DNA of 32,000 nucleotides from Nitrosospira multiformis ATCC 25196 (GCF_000196355.1 NC_007614.1:3150001-3182000); one strand, 5' to 3'. Numbered from the stretch's first letter, positions 21,178-32,000 are shown. The notes: generated by a model not told the origin, from the letters alone. Translations and numbers: made by a program.

Positions 21178-21413
21178 TTACGCGACTAAAACATATCAAT
21201 CGTTGCCGTGCTGCTCTACTGCTTGCCATCCTCGCAGTCCCTGATGACGTTGCCGCGAATTCCCGGGAACCTCGTGATTCAACAAGGGTCTACATGACTG
21301 TATAAATCCCTTGTCGCTTCCTTGTTGCTCCCGGATCCGGCGACTCCCTTCCCCTTTTGCTCCAGGTGCCGCCGCTTCGCATTGCTTGAGTCTGCCCGGC
21401 TGTGTTACCGCTG

Positions 21414-21447
21414 GCCGCATCGCTCTCCTGTTCGGAGGCGATGCGGC
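21414..21447. promoter_or_regulatory. Strong hairpin in the amoC-amoA intergenic region
   Basis: GCCGCATCGC-T-CTCC-TGTTC-GGAG-GCGATGCGGC: perfect 10-bp outer and 4-bp inner stem with a 1-nt bulge. No adjacent T-tract on the transcribed side. Confidence 0.8.
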
Positions 21448-21482
21448 TATTGCTGCTTATGCGTGTGTCAGCGAGTCAGTCC

Positions 21483-22379
<897 letters not shown>

Positions 22380-22695
22380 TCAACTCCGGCAGAAGCGCTT
22401 GCCCTTCATGCTTCCAACTTCCAACATCCGCTTGCTGCCGCTTCTCTACTGCACAAAACCCGGCGCGCAAGAACAAATTGTCGCTTACTTCCCAATACCG
22501 GCAGCACCAAACAGCCGCACCAGAACACCCAAATCCTTCCCTGGTACCACCTTTATTGCCGCTACCAGTACTTTACATACCCATAAGCCCGTAAAGACTA
22601 CTCCCCGCCATACCCCTAAGTCAAGCAGTTTGTCAGCGAGGTAGAAGTGAGCACTTACTTTGAAAGAGACTCCGGATTACTCTGGAATCGTCGGA

Positions 22696-23532
22696 TTACC
22701 ACCGTGACAATATCCCATCCAGTTGTTCCAGGGTTTCGTAATGAATCAGTATGGTTCCTTTACCCTTTTTCCCGGGGGTTATTACGACCTGCGCTCCGAT
22801 TTTTGCCGAGAAATTCTCCTGTAACCGGAGTAAATCGCGGTCGCGCTGGGGATGATGTTTTACCACTGGATGTTCGATCTGATATACCAGCTTTTCTGTT
22901 TCACGTACTGAAAGTCCTTTATGCACTACAAGATTTGCCGTCTCTATCTGCTTGGCTGCAGCGAGTGACAGCAATGCGCGAGCGTGCCCCATGTCGATCT
23001 TTCCCTGCATCAGCAGTTCCTGGACAGGCGCAGCCAGATTAAGCAATCTCAGGAGATTGGAAACCGCACTGCGCGAACTTCCCAAAGCTTCGCTGGCAGC
23101 CTGGTGCGTCATGCCGAAGTCCCTGATGAGCCTCTGGATTCCCAAGGCTTCTTCCAGTGGGTTTAGATTTTCGCGTTGAATATTCTCGATCAGCGACATT
23201 GCCAGCGCAGCCTCATCCGGAACCTCGCGGATCAGAGCGGGCACCTCGCCCAATCCCGCCAGTTGCGCTGCACGCCAGCGGCGCTCGCCGGCGATGATTT
23301 CGTACTTTCCACCCCCGACTGGTCGCACGAGTACTGGCTGCATCACCCCCTGGGCTTTGATGGAGTCCGCCAGTTCTCCCAACGATTCCTTATCCATGCG
23401 CGTACGCGGCTGGTATTTTCCCGGCTGCAGCAGCGAGACCTTGATGCTCTGAAGCGTCTCCTCCGAGACAGCGTTACCGCCGCTGCCCGCCAGCAACGCA
23501 TCCAGCCCTCTCCCCAATCCTCTTATTTTCAT
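22696..23532 (-). CDS. parB: Chromosome partitioning protein ParB
   Basis: [13 protein letters not shown]...[39 protein letters not shown]...[18 protein letters not shown]...[16 protein letters not shown]...[27 protein letters not shown]. The start may be the upstream M at 23553. Confidence 0.96.
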   Translation of the reverse strand: MKIRGLGRGLDALLAGSGGNAVSEETLQSIKVSLLQPGKYQPRTRMDKESLGELADSIKAQGVMQPVLVRPVGGGKYEIIAGERRWRAAQLAGLGEVPALIREVPDEAALAMSLIENIQRENLNPLEEALGIQRLIRDFGMTHQAASEALGSSRSAVSNLLRLLNLAAPVQELLMQGKIDMGHARALLSLAAAKQIETANLVVHKGLSVRETEKLVYQIEHPVVKHHPQRDRDLLRLQENFSAKIGAQVVITPGKKGKGTILIHYETLEQLDGILSRW

Positions 23533-23558
23533 TTTCCTTTCGTCCGGCTTCATATCTT

Positions 23559-24371
23559 CTAGGCTTCAAGTGTCTGTTGATACTGCTGGTCCGGCATGGC
23601 GCTCTCCGGAAAGTATCGGGTCACTATTTCACGCGCCAGTGCCAGGTAAGCCTGCGTACCCTTGGATAATCTGTCATGGTACAACGCCGGAATACCAAAG
23701 CTGGGCGCCTCGGCTAATCGCACGTTACGGGGAATTACCGTACGGTAGACCCGGTCTCCGAAGTACTGTTGCAACTGATCGGAAACCTGCTGTGCGAGAA
23801 TATTGCGTGGATCGAACATGGTGCGCAACAATCCCTCGATCTCAAGTTTGGAATTAAAGTGAGCACGCACTTTCTTAATGGTGTTGACCAGGTCGCTCAA
23901 TCCTTCGAGAGCATAGTATTCGCACTGCATCGGGATCACCACGGCTTCGGCCGCGCACAAACCATTCAACGTGAGCAAATTAAGGGCAGGTGGACAATCG
24001 ATAAGAATAAAATCATATTCCCGCTCGACTTCCCGCAAGGCTTCCCGCAGGCGTGTTTCCCGCCCCGGTAAATCAATCAACTCTATTTCTGCCCCGGCAA
24101 GCTCGCGATTGGCGGGGAGCAGATCATATTTTCCGCTGGGGGAGGAGACTCTCACGTCCACCACGCTCGCGCTTCCCAGCAGAACCTGATAAACGGTGTG
24201 CTCCAACTGGCCCTTGTCTACCCCGCTGCCCATCGTGGCGTTACCCTGCGGATCAAGGTCTATCAACAGCACGCGCCGCTTCACAGCTTCAAGGCTTGCC
24301 GCCAAATTGACGCTGGTAGTCGTTTTCCCTACCCCACCTTTTTGATTGGTTACTGCCAGAATTTTCGCCAT
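23559..24371 (-). CDS. parA: Chromosome partitioning ATPase ParA/Soj
   Basis: MAKILAVTNQKGGVGKTTTSVNLAASLEAVKRRVLLIDLDPQGNATMGSGVDK...YDFILIDCPPALNLLTLNGLCAAEAVVIPMQCEYYALEGLSDLVNTI. Confidence 0.97.
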   Translation of the reverse strand: MAKILAVTNQKGGVGKTTTSVNLAASLEAVKRRVLLIDLDPQGNATMGSGVDKGQLEHTVYQVLLGSASVVDVRVSSPSGKYDLLPANRELAGAEIELIDLPGRETRLREALREVEREYDFILIDCPPALNLLTLNGLCAAEAVVIPMQCEYYALEGLSDLVNTIKKVRAHFNSKLEIEGLLRTMFDPRNILAQQVSDQLQQYFGDRVYRTVIPRNVRLAEAPSFGIPALYHDRLSKGTQAYLALAREIVTRYFPESAMPDQQYQQTLEA

Positions 24372-24449
24372 TGCCACTCCTAGAACCGAGATACCGGAAG
24401 CCGATCAATAAGAGGTGAAAAACTTGGCGAAAAGCCAAGGAATCTTACT

Positions 24450-25100
24450 TTACTGTCCGGCACGCTTGAGCACAACCAGATGACGCTTCGCCCTCAGGCC
24501 GGGAATCGTTAGCGACAATATGTTGTCGACAATGAATGTCTCGGGTAACTGCGCAAGTTCTTCGTGAGGATATACGCCTTTCATTGCCACCAACCGCCCA
24601 CAGTCAGTCCCTTGCTCCTCCCCCCGTGCACACAAATGTCCCGCGAGCTTGACGAAATCCGCCAGATCGGAAAAAGCGCGCGAAATAACGGTATTGAAGC
24701 CGGCGTTCGAGCGGACGCCTTCCATGCGCTCCCCGATGACTTCCACATTTTCAAGCCCCAATTCAATCCGCGCCTGCTGCAGGAACGCGGCTTTTTTATG
24801 ATTGCTTTCCACTAGCACCACACGCCACTCCGGGCGGGCCAACGCCACTGGGATTCCAGGAAGACCGGCGCCGCTGCCCACATCCGCAATGCGGGAGCCG
24901 CCAATGTGCGGCAGAACAGCCAGACTGTCCAGCACATGCAATGCGAGCATCGCTTCCGGTTCGCGCACTGCCGTCAGATTGTGCACCCGGTTCCATTTCT
25001 GGATGAGCGCCAGATATTGCAGGAGGCGTGCCTGATTTGATTCGGTAATAGATAGTCCCAGTGTTGCGATTCCGTCAGCCAGTTGTGTAGCCGGATTCAT
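24450..25100 (-). CDS. rsmG: 16S rRNA (guanine527-N7)-methyltransferase RsmG/GidB
   Basis: [70 protein letters not shown]. Confidence 0.96.
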   Translation of the reverse strand: MNPATQLADGIATLGLSITESNQARLLQYLALIQKWNRVHNLTAVREPEAMLALHVLDSLAVLPHIGGSRIADVGSGAGLPGIPVALARPEWRVVLVESNHKKAAFLQQARIELGLENVEVIGERMEGVRSNAGFNTVISRAFSDLADFVKLAGHLCARGEEQGTDCGRLVAMKGVYPHEELAQLPETFIVDNILSLTIPGLRAKRHLVVLKRAGQ

Positions 25101-26995
25101 GCGCTTTTCTTCGTATTCGCGCTGGAAAAACCGCGCTTGACATGGACCAGCAATAGCGAAATTGCGGCGGGCGTGATTCCGGAGATACGGGATGCCTGTC
25201 CTGCCGTTTCAGGCTTGAACTGATTAAGTTTCTGCTGAACTTCATTCGAAAGACCGCGCACGGTTTTGTAATCCAGGTCCTGCGGCAGGCGAATGTCTTC
25301 ATAATAAGCATTTCGCGCCACTTCATCTTTCTGGCGCTCGATGTATCCCTGATACTTCGCCTGGATTTCGACCTGCTCCGCCGCCGCAAGATCGACAACG
25401 GGTTCGCCTGCACCGGGCAGCGTCATGAGTTCGGCGTACGACACATTGGGCCGGCGCAACAAGTCATGCAGAGAACACTCATGCTCGATGTTTTTCCCGA
25501 TAACACGTAATGCATCGGTTTCGGAAAGACTCTTCGGGCTGAGCCACGTGGTCTTCAGCCGGTTTTGCTCTTGAGCGATAGCCTCTAGTTTGATATTGAA
25601 CGCCACCCAGCGCGCGTCATTCACCACCCCTAGCCTGCGTCCGACTTCGGTGAGGCGGAGATCGGCGTTATCCTCCCGCAATTGCAACCGGTATTCCGCA
25701 CGGCTGGTGAACATGCGATAGGGTTCAGTAACACCTCGGGTAATGAGATCGTCCACCAGGACGCCCAAATAGGCTTCATCCCGGCGCGGACACCACGGTT
25801 CCCTGTCCTGCGTTTTTAGCGCAGCGTTGATTCCCGCAAGCAACCCCTGCGCCGCGGCCTCTTCATAACCCGTGGTGCCATTGATCTGTCCCGCGAAAAA
25901 CAGGCCTTCGATCATCCTGGTTTCAAGCGAGCTTTTCAGGGCACGCGGATCAAAATAATCATATTCGATCGCATAACCGGGTCGGGTGATATGGGCGTTC
26001 TCCAATCCTTTGATTGAGCGCACCAGTTTCACCTGCATATCGAAGGGGAGACTCGTGGAGATTCCGTTGGGATACACCTCGTGGGTCGTGAGACCCTCCG
26101 GTTCGAGAAAAATCTGATGCGATTCCTTGGCGGAAAAGCGCACGACCTTGTCCTCGATAGAGGGACAATAACGAGGTCCGATACCCTCGATCGCACCGGA
26201 GAATAGAGGGGAGCGATCCAGGCCGCTGCGAATAATATCGTGCGTCTGACTGTTGGTATGCGTGATCCAGCAAGACACCTGCTTCGGGTGGGAAGCAGCA
26301 TTGCCCATAAAGGAAAAAACGGGCACAGGCGCGTCGCCGGGTTGAGCGGCAACAGCGGAATAATCGATGGTACGGCCATCTATCCGCGGTGGGGTTCCTG
26401 TTTTCAACCGCCCGACAGGGAGCTTCAATTCGCGCAGGCGTCCCGCAAGACTATTGGATGGAAGGTCCCCCGCCCGCCCGGCTTGAAAATTTGCCGAGCC
26501 TACGTGAGCCAGGCCTGCCAGGAAGGTTCCAGCGGTAAGAATTACAGCACGCGCGTTAAAGCGGATTCCAAGCTGTGTGACAACCCCGGCCACCCGCTCA
26601 CCCTCAAGCACGAGATCGTCCACTCCTTGCTGAAACAACCAGAGATTCGGCTGACTTTCCAACCGCTGCCGGATCGCTTGGCGGTAGAGGACCCGATCAG
26701 CCTGGGCGCGTGTTGCGCGTACCGCAGGTCCTTTGCGCGAGTTGAGGATGCGAAACTGTATGCCCGCCTCATCCGCTGCCTCTGCCATCACGCCCCCAAG
26801 CGCATCGATTTCTTTGACCAGATGCCCTTTGCCGATCCCGCCTATGGAAGGGTTGCACGACATCTGCCCCAGGGTTTCGATGTTGTGTGATAGCAATAGT
26901 GTCTTTTGCCCAATGCGAGCGGCAGCGAGCGCCGCTTCGGTACCGGCGTGGCCACCACCTATAACTATTACATCGAATATTTCAGGAACAGTCAT
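25097..26995 (-). CDS. mnmG: tRNA uridine-5-carboxymethylaminomethyl modification enzyme MnmG/GidA
   Basis: [61 protein letters not shown]...[19 protein letters not shown]. The likely start MTVPEIF is at 26995. Confidence 0.97.
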   Translation of the reverse strand: MTVPEIFDVIVIGGGHAGTEAALAAARIGQKTLLLSHNIETLGQMSCNPSIGGIGKGHLVKEIDALGGVMAEAADEAGIQFRILNSRKGPAVRATRAQADRVLYRQAIRQRLESQPNLWLFQQGVDDLVLEGERVAGVVTQLGIRFNARAVILTAGTFLAGLAHVGSANFQAGRAGDLPSNSLAGRLRELKLPVGRLKTGTPPRIDGRTIDYSAVAAQPGDAPVPVFSFMGNAASHPKQVSCWITHTNSQTHDIIRSGLDRSPLFSGAIEGIGPRYCPSIEDKVVRFSAKESHQIFLEPEGLTTHEVYPNGISTSLPFDMQVKLVRSIKGLENAHITRPGYAIEYDYFDPRALKSSLETRMIEGLFFAGQINGTTGYEEAAAQGLLAGINAALKTQDREPWCPRRDEAYLGVLVDDLITRGVTEPYRMFTSRAEYRLQLREDNADLRLTEVGRRLGVVNDARWVAFNIKLEAIAQEQNRLKTTWLSPKSLSETDALRVIGKNIEHECSLHDLLRRPNVSYAELMTLPGAGEPVVDLAAAEQVEIQAKYQGYIERQKDEVARNAYYEDIRLPQDLDYKTVRGLSNEVQQKLNQFKPETAGQASRISGITPAAISLLLVHVKRGFSSANTKKSA

Positions 26996-27106
26996 GGAAG
27001 CAATCGGGCAAAAATGAATTCGATTGAGAGTGGTGCCCATTTTACGGCAAAACGTGGAGCCATGTAAGAATCATAAAGAGGTCTTGGGTGAAGAAACGCG
27101 ATCTCT

Positions 27107-27122
27107 TGTTTCACGTGAAACA
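27107..27122. promoter_or_regulatory. parS site 1
   Basis: TGTTTCACGTGAAACA, a perfect match to the canonical bacterial parS 16-mer. parA and parB are nearby. Confidence 0.95.
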
Positions 27123-27133
27123 GTTTTGTTTGT

Positions 27134-27149
27134 TGTTCCACGTGAAACA
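27134..27149. promoter_or_regulatory. parS site 2
   Basis: TGTTCCACGTGAAACA, canonical parS with one permitted variation. It is 27 bp centre-to-centre from parS site 1. Confidence 0.92.
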
Positions 27150-27160
27150 ACCACCAGGCG

Positions 27161-27991
27161 TAGGACCTATTAATTTTGGAATTCACGGAAGTGAGAGGAT
27201 GTGATTCACTTATGGCAGGAGGAGTTGCCATGAGTGATCTTTTCATGCTTTCAGAGAAACAATTCAACCGCATAAAGCCTTATTTTCCCTTGTCCCATGG
27301 AGTGCCGCGTGTGGACGATCTGCGGGTGATCAGGGGAACCATCCATGTCATTCGGGATGGTCTGCAATGGAAGGACGCTCCCGAAGGCTACGGCCCACAC
27401 AAGACGCTCTATAATCGCTTCATGCGCTGGAGCAAGATGGGCATATTCAACCGTATTTTTGCGGAACTGGCCGGCAAAGAGGAAATGCCGGACCGGCTGA
27501 TGATTGACGCCACGCATCTCAAGGCGCACCGTACGGCAGCCAGCCTTTTAAAAAAGGGGATGTTCCCCGCCGTATCGGTCGCACAAAGGGCGGCTTGAAT
27601 TCAAAGCTCCATGCCGTGTGCGATGGTAGGGGCAAGCCTGTTGCCCTGCTGCTCTCCGAAGGTCAGATGAGCGATTACAAGGGTGCTGCCCTGTTGTTGC
27701 CTGCCCTGCCCAAGGCAAAAGAGTTGCGGGGGGATCGCGGCTATGATGCTGACTGGTTCAGGGCAGCCCTCAGACAAAAGGGTATTACGGCCTGCATTTC
27801 CCCAAAGAAGAACCGTAAAACCCGGCTCAAATACGACAGGGAACTCTACAAGCGACGCCACAGGTGGAAAACATCACAGGCTCAAGGATTGGCGGCGCAT
27901 TGCCATGCGTTATGACCGCTGCGCCCACACCTTCTTCTCCGCCATCTGTATCGCAGCTACCGTCATCTTCTATCTCAATTAATGAGTCCTG
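27161..27991 (+). mobile_element. Degenerate IS5-family (IS427-group-like) insertion sequence, about 831 bp
   Basis: Imperfect terminal inverted repeats TAGGACCTATTAATT (left) and CAGGACTCATTAATT (right, reverse complement of 27977-27991) match 12/15. They bracket a two-frame IS5-type transposase. Exact ends are uncertain by a few bases. Confidence 0.75.
27230..27982 (+). pseudogene. IS5-family transposase: two overlapping frames joined by an AAAAAAG slippery site, then damaged near the 3' end
   Basis: Frame 1 is MSDLFMLSEKQFNRIKPYFPLSHGVPRVDDLRVIRGTIHVIRDGLQWKDAPEGYGPHKTLYNRF...LMIDATHLKAHRTAASLLKKG. A -1 shift at 27550-27556 gives DVPRRIGRTKGGLNSKLHAVCDGRGKP...KKNRKTRLKYDRELYKRRH. Two more indels are then needed to reach HRLKDWRRIAMRYDRCAHTFFSAICIAATVIFYLN*. 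Confidence 0.85.
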
Positions 27992-28007
27992 AGCCTAACA
28001 GGAAATC

Positions 28008-28255
28008 CACAGGGGAAGTCGACAGGCGAGGGAATTACCCACCAATGACCAAGTACCGAAATGATTGGGGGAAGAGGCTAGAAGATCCTGCCGCTAATTG
28101 AGCATCGTCAGTCGCCGAGTGTCGGAATCGGCGTGCAGCATGATGCGCGACTGTCATCAATCCACCCGCCGCTTTAACCAGCAGCCAGGAATTGCTGAAG
28201 CCTGTCCGGCAACGCCGATCCAGGACGGCTGCAAATACAATACCAGGAGCTGATT
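28008..28255. repeat. Direct repeat A, copy 1
   Basis: AAGTACCGAAATGATTGGGGGAAGAGGCTAGAAGATCCTGCCGCTAATTGAGCATCGTCAGTCGCCGAGTGTCGGAATCGGCGTGCAGCATGATGCGCGACTGTCATCAATCCACCCGCCGCTTTAACCAGCAGC and flanks are nearly identical to copy 2. Copy 1 has an extra segment of about 28 bp near its 3' end. Confidence 0.9.
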
Positions 28256-28322
28256 GCCATAGAACACATATAGCGTGGATAAGAATCATGGAGAGGTCTT
28301 GTGGTGAAGAAACCGGTTTCTT

Positions 28323-28338
28323 TGTTTCACGTGAAACA
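28323..28338. promoter_or_regulatory. parS site 3
   Basis: TGTTTCACGTGAAACA, perfect canonical parS. Confidence 0.95.
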
Positions 28339-28346
28339 ACAGCTAA

Positions 28347-28573
28347 TGGGAAATGCGCAGGGAGAAGTCAAAAGGCGAGGGAATTACCCCTAATAACCAA
28401 GTACCGAAACGATTGAGGAAGAGGCTAGAAGATCCTGCCGCTAATTGAGCATCGTCAGTCGCCGAGTGTCCGAATCGGCGTGCAGCATGATGCGCGACTG
28501 TCATCAATCCACCCGCCGCTTTAACCAGCAGCGTCCGATCCAGTAAGGGTGCAAATACAATACCGCCAGTTGC
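28347..28573. repeat. Direct repeat A, copy 2
   Basis: See copy 1. The core of about 150 bp differs at only a few positions. Confidence 0.9.
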
Positions 28574-29898
28574 CCGCTCGAAACCCATACAGGGGGGGGT
28601 AGAAACGTTAATGGCCTTGGTAGATTGCCTTACCCCGCCTTAAAATTGAACATATTTCGATCTGCACTAGCCACTCAAGCTTCTTGTTCAATTGCTGTGG
28701 CCTCTCCAGCCTCTCCATTGAGATGGAATTCCAGCCTATACCCATGCCTTAACTCATCCAAAATAATCGATTACAGAGCTCCTACGCTTGCCGCTTTTTT
28801 GTGCAACTGATGAATATTTCCTTTAATCCGAGCGGATGGAGGTAATTATGGAGCACCTCGCTCTCCCGGAGAGTCAGGTTATGCTTCCGGACAGTTCGAA
28901 GCTGTACTCACCATCGCTTATCGCTATCGAAGCGATGCATTAGACGGAATCTATCGACCAAACAAATCCTGGGGCTTCCATGCATCTAATCTCTGATGCG
29001 TTGAAGGCCAGGACGAACTCGACAGAGCTTGTGAACCAAGCAGTGAAACACTCACGAGTGAGCTTCTGCATTGCCAGGATACTCATCCACGGGTGCTCCC
29101 GTTTCTCCCTGGGGGTAGCCTAACCCGCCACCTATGATCGAAATTGTTCAACAACGGGATGCGACGAATTGCACGTTCGGATCTTCACGACCTAGGTACA
29201 AGAGAGGCGGCCTCTATTTGCGCCCTATTCACATACACCCATTGCTACCCATTACTGCTCACCACGTTGCCGCCAAATCGTCGCTCCCCACCGCTTCAAC
29301 GGCAGAAACTCAATTATTTCTGCGTTAACTTCTACCATCCGGGCAACCTTCCCCCGAAATTGGTCTGAAAAAACAGATTCCAGAGGTTTATGTGCCTCCC
29401 CCGGTCCCTTTCCGGTCGTCCGGAATATTCCGATCGTCGTAAGGGGGCAAGTACCAAATGGATTTGAGAGTTCGATGAGTTAACAACCGGCTTGCATGCT
29501 TACCCACACACCAACTCACCTCCAAACCCTACCATGCTGATACCCCTGGCAGTGACACCCTTCGGAGCATCTCGCAGTAAATCTGCTTCTCACGTTTACA
29601 TCGCGATAATCCCTCCTCGCCTTGGAGTACCGGCAACTTGAGCGAAAATTTGCTCCTGTTGGCCTTCTCCTATTTTTTTAAGACTTGTTCCCAAGAAGGT
29701 GGAAGCCTGTACTTTTAAGAAATATGTACTACCATGAAATTAATCCACGCTACGGAGCGCTCCACTTCTGGCTTCGATAAAAAAGCCGCATATATAGGCC
29801 GTGCTTGAACTGGGGCTATCCGCTGCACAGGATGGATTGCAATCTACACAGCTAATCAAGTTCGATAACGCAGAAAATCTGATGAGAAGGAGGCGAAG

Positions 29899-30189
29899 AT
29901 GAATCTACACTCGAGTGGCAGGGCAAACTGGTTGTTCAGCGGACTCGCGCTCGGCGCGCTCACCATGTTTCTCCTTGATCCCGCTAAAGGAAGACGGCGC
30001 CGTGCGTTGGCAAGAGACAAGATACACAGCGCTGGCATTAAAACTCGTAAGCGCATCGATGCAAAGTCACGCGACTTGGCCAACCGGGCGAAAGGACTGC
30101 GCGCCGAGGCACGCCATATGATGTCCAGCGGCAATAACCGGGATAACCGGGGCGAGAACAAGTCAAGCGAGAGCCAGCCTGAAACTTGA
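29899..30189 (+). CDS. Small YtxH-like membrane-anchored protein, 96 aa
   Basis: MNLHSSGRANWLFSGLALGALTMFLLDPAKGRRRRALARDKIHSAGIKTRKRIDAKSRDLANRAKGLRAEARHM: N-terminal TM with a DPxxGRRRRA motif and a basic helix. Confidence 0.7.
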   Translation: MNLHSSGRANWLFSGLALGALTMFLLDPAKGRRRRALARDKIHSAGIKTRKRIDAKSRDLANRAKGLRAEARHMMSSGNNRDNRGENKSSESQPET

Positions 30190-30222
30190 GCGGAAGGATC
30201 TGCCCGGAAACGAGAGGTTCTG

Positions 30223-31581
30223 CTACTTTCCTATGCAGAAGCGGGAAAAAATTTCGCCCAGCAGGTCGTCGGCGCTGAATTCACCGGTAATCGAAGATAA
30301 AGCCAGTTGGGCAAGGCGCAGTTCCTCAGCAAAAAGCTCGACCTGATCCAGGCTGTTTGCCAGCGCACAAGCAGCCTCAAGATGGGTTCGGGCAGCTGTC
30401 AATGCAGAAAGATGACGCTGGCGCGCCATGAAGGCTCCTTCTCCTGTTGATGGCTGCCATCCTATCATTTCCAGCAATCCTTGCTGGAGGGATCCGATGC
30501 CCGCCCCCGTTTTAGCGGAAACCCAGATATCTGCAGTAGCTGTAGCGGTGGAGACAGTGGAATTCGGGGGAGATTCGAGCAGGTCGGTTTTGTTATGGAC
30601 GACAATGAGCCGCAAACCCGGGGGAAGCGACGCGAGTATGGCCTGATCTTCTGGCGTTATTCCCACTCGGCTATCCACAAGCAGCAGGACGATACTTGCT
30701 TTATCGATCGTGGAGCGTGTCCGCGCCATACCCATTTTTTCGATCGCATCTTCCGTCTCCCTCAAGCCGGCGGTATCCAGCAGATGCATGGGCACACCTT
30801 CAATCTCTATGACCTGCCGGATAACGTCCCGTGTCGTGCCCGGGACCTCCGTAACGAGAGCCACTTCTTCTCCGGCGAGTCGATTCAGGAGGCTCGATTT
30901 TCCCACATTCGGCTGTCCGACCAAAGCAATCCATATTCCTTCTCGCAGCAGGCTACCTTGCCGCGCCGCGCTGAAAACCTGTTCAAGCTGTTGCCGGATG
31001 TGCTCCAATCTGAATTCCAGTTCCCTTCCAGAAATGAACTCAATTTCTTCTTCTGAAAAATCAAGTGAAGCCTCGACAAGCATTCGCAGGTCAGTAAGTG
31101 CTTGCACTGAAGTATGAATAGCGTTGGAAAATTCGCCTTGAAGGGAACGGATGGCGCAGCGGGCGGCTTCCTCGGTACTGGCGTCAATAAGGTCTGCCAC
31201 GCTTTCAGCCTGCGCCAGATCAAGCTTGTTATTCAGGAATGCACGCAAGGTAAACTCCCCGGGTTGCGCCAGTCGCGCACCAGCGGAAAGGCAACTTGCC
31301 AGCAACAGGTTCATGACTGCAGGGCCGCCGTGTCCTTGCAGTTCCAGAACCTCTTCTCCGGTATAGGACTGGGGAGCGGGAAAGTAGAGGGCTATGCCCT
31401 GATCGATAACGCGATCATTTTCGTCGCGAAATCGGGTGAGGCTGGCGCGCCGGGGTTCCGGCACGCAGCCTGCGACCTTGAGAGCAAGCGATTGCAGGTT
31501 TCTGCCGGAAACACGCACCACCCCGATACCTCCCCGACCCGGAGGCGTTGCAATCGCGGCAATCACATCAGAACGGGTCAT
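30223..31581 (-). CDS. mnmE: tRNA modification GTPase MnmE/TrmE
   Basis: DVIAAIATPPGRGGIGVVRVSG...LTLRAFLNNKLDLAQAESVADLIDA...IALVGQPNVGKSSLLNRLAGEEVALVTEVPGTTRDVI...LLDTAGLRETEDAIEKMGM...IFSRFCIGK. The start may be the upstream M at 31599. Confidence 0.97.
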   Translation of the reverse strand: MTRSDVIAAIATPPGRGGIGVVRVSGRNLQSLALKVAGCVPEPRRASLTRFRDENDRVIDQGIALYFPAPQSYTGEEVLELQGHGGPAVMNLLLASCLSAGARLAQPGEFTLRAFLNNKLDLAQAESVADLIDASTEEAARCAIRSLQGEFSNAIHTSVQALTDLRMLVEASLDFSEEEIEFISGRELEFRLEHIRQQLEQVFSAARQGSLLREGIWIALVGQPNVGKSSLLNRLAGEEVALVTEVPGTTRDVIRQVIEIEGVPMHLLDTAGLRETEDAIEKMGMARTRSTIDKASIVLLLVDSRVGITPEDQAILASLPPGLRLIVVHNKTDLLESPPNSTVSTATATADIWVSAKTGAGIGSLQQGLLEMIGWQPSTGEGAFMARQRHLSALTAARTHLEAACALANSLDQVELFAEELRLAQLALSSITGEFSADDLLGEIFSRFCIGK

Positions 31582-31655
31582 CCTGAGTTCGAATGCCAAC
31601 CTCGCTTATGAAGACGGGAAGAGAGGGGAGTCGGGTCCGGCAATTCCCCTGATCA

Positions 31656-32000
31656 CTAATTTGCTTTCTTCTGCTTGCTCGTATTTGCGGCCGAACCTTC
31701 GATCATGCGCGTGATCTGCCACTGCTGCGCGATGGAAAGCACGTTGTTTACCAGGGAATACAGCACCAGGCCTGCGGGGAAGAAGAAAAAGAAAACGCTG
31801 AATGCCAAAGGCATGATCTGCATAACTCTCGCCTGGATGGGATCGGTCGCCGGGGGGCTGAGCCGCTGTTGCAGGAACATGGAAATACCCATGATTACCG
31901 GCAGCACATAATAGGGATCGGGTGCGGAAAGATCCTCTATCCACAACGCAAAAGACGCGTAGCGCAATTCCACGCTCGAGAGCAGTACCCAGTACAGCGA
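31656..32000 (-). CDS. yidC: Membrane protein insertase YidC (C-terminal part, gene runs off the window)
   Basis: [87 protein letters not shown]. Confidence 0.96.
   Translation of the reverse strand, partial: SLYWVLLSSVELRYASFALWIEDLSAPDPYYVLPVIMGISMFLQQRLSPPATDPIQARVMQIMPLAFSVFFFFFPAGLVLYSLVNNVLSIAQQWQITRMIEGSAANTSKQKKAN

Noticed and set aside
22914-22929. TGTTTCACGTACTGAA inside parB considered as a fourth parS
   Set aside because: The right half of the palindrome does not match the consensus.
28270-28282. DnaA-box-like GCGTGGATAAG near parS site 3
   Set aside because: A single near-match to TGTGGATAA with no cluster of boxes or AT-rich unwinding region is insufficient to call oriC here.

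Overview
This is a betaproteobacterial chromosome window. AmoA, AmoB and AmoC look like those of a Nitrosospira-type ammonia oxidiser, though genus is inferred from protein character only. From left to right it contains: (i) a minus-strand housekeeping block of mlaC (partial), mlaD, mlaE, mlaF, a zinc-ribbon/DUF3426-like gene, prmA, accC, accB and aroQ; (ii) tRNA-Thr(CGT) followed by about 4 kb of heavily decayed accessory DNA. That DNA holds an imperfect duplicate of the tRNA 3' end (att-like), frameshifted tyrosine-integrase N- and C-terminal remnants, a HEPN-like fragment, an intact 263-aa orphan ORF and a broken phage terminase remnant; (iii) a UMF1/Atg22-type MFS transporter and a small His-rich secreted protein; (iv) the minus-strand cluster amoC-amoA-amoB-amoE(orf4)-amoD(orf5)-copC-copD, in which the copD product is a CopD/cytochrome c/redoxin-like fusion; (v) the origin-proximal block parB-parA-rsmG-mnmG, then about 3.2 kb of accessory DNA, then mnmE and yidC (partial). 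The accessory DNA between mnmG and mnmE holds three near-consensus parS palindromes, a degenerate IS5-family (IS427-like) element and a duplicated parS-bearing unit interrupted by that IS. No clear new defence or enzymatic system is demonstrable. The best leads are the 263-aa orphan ORF in the tRNA-Thr island, the parS-unit duplication, and the placement and composition of the amo/cop cluster beside parB.
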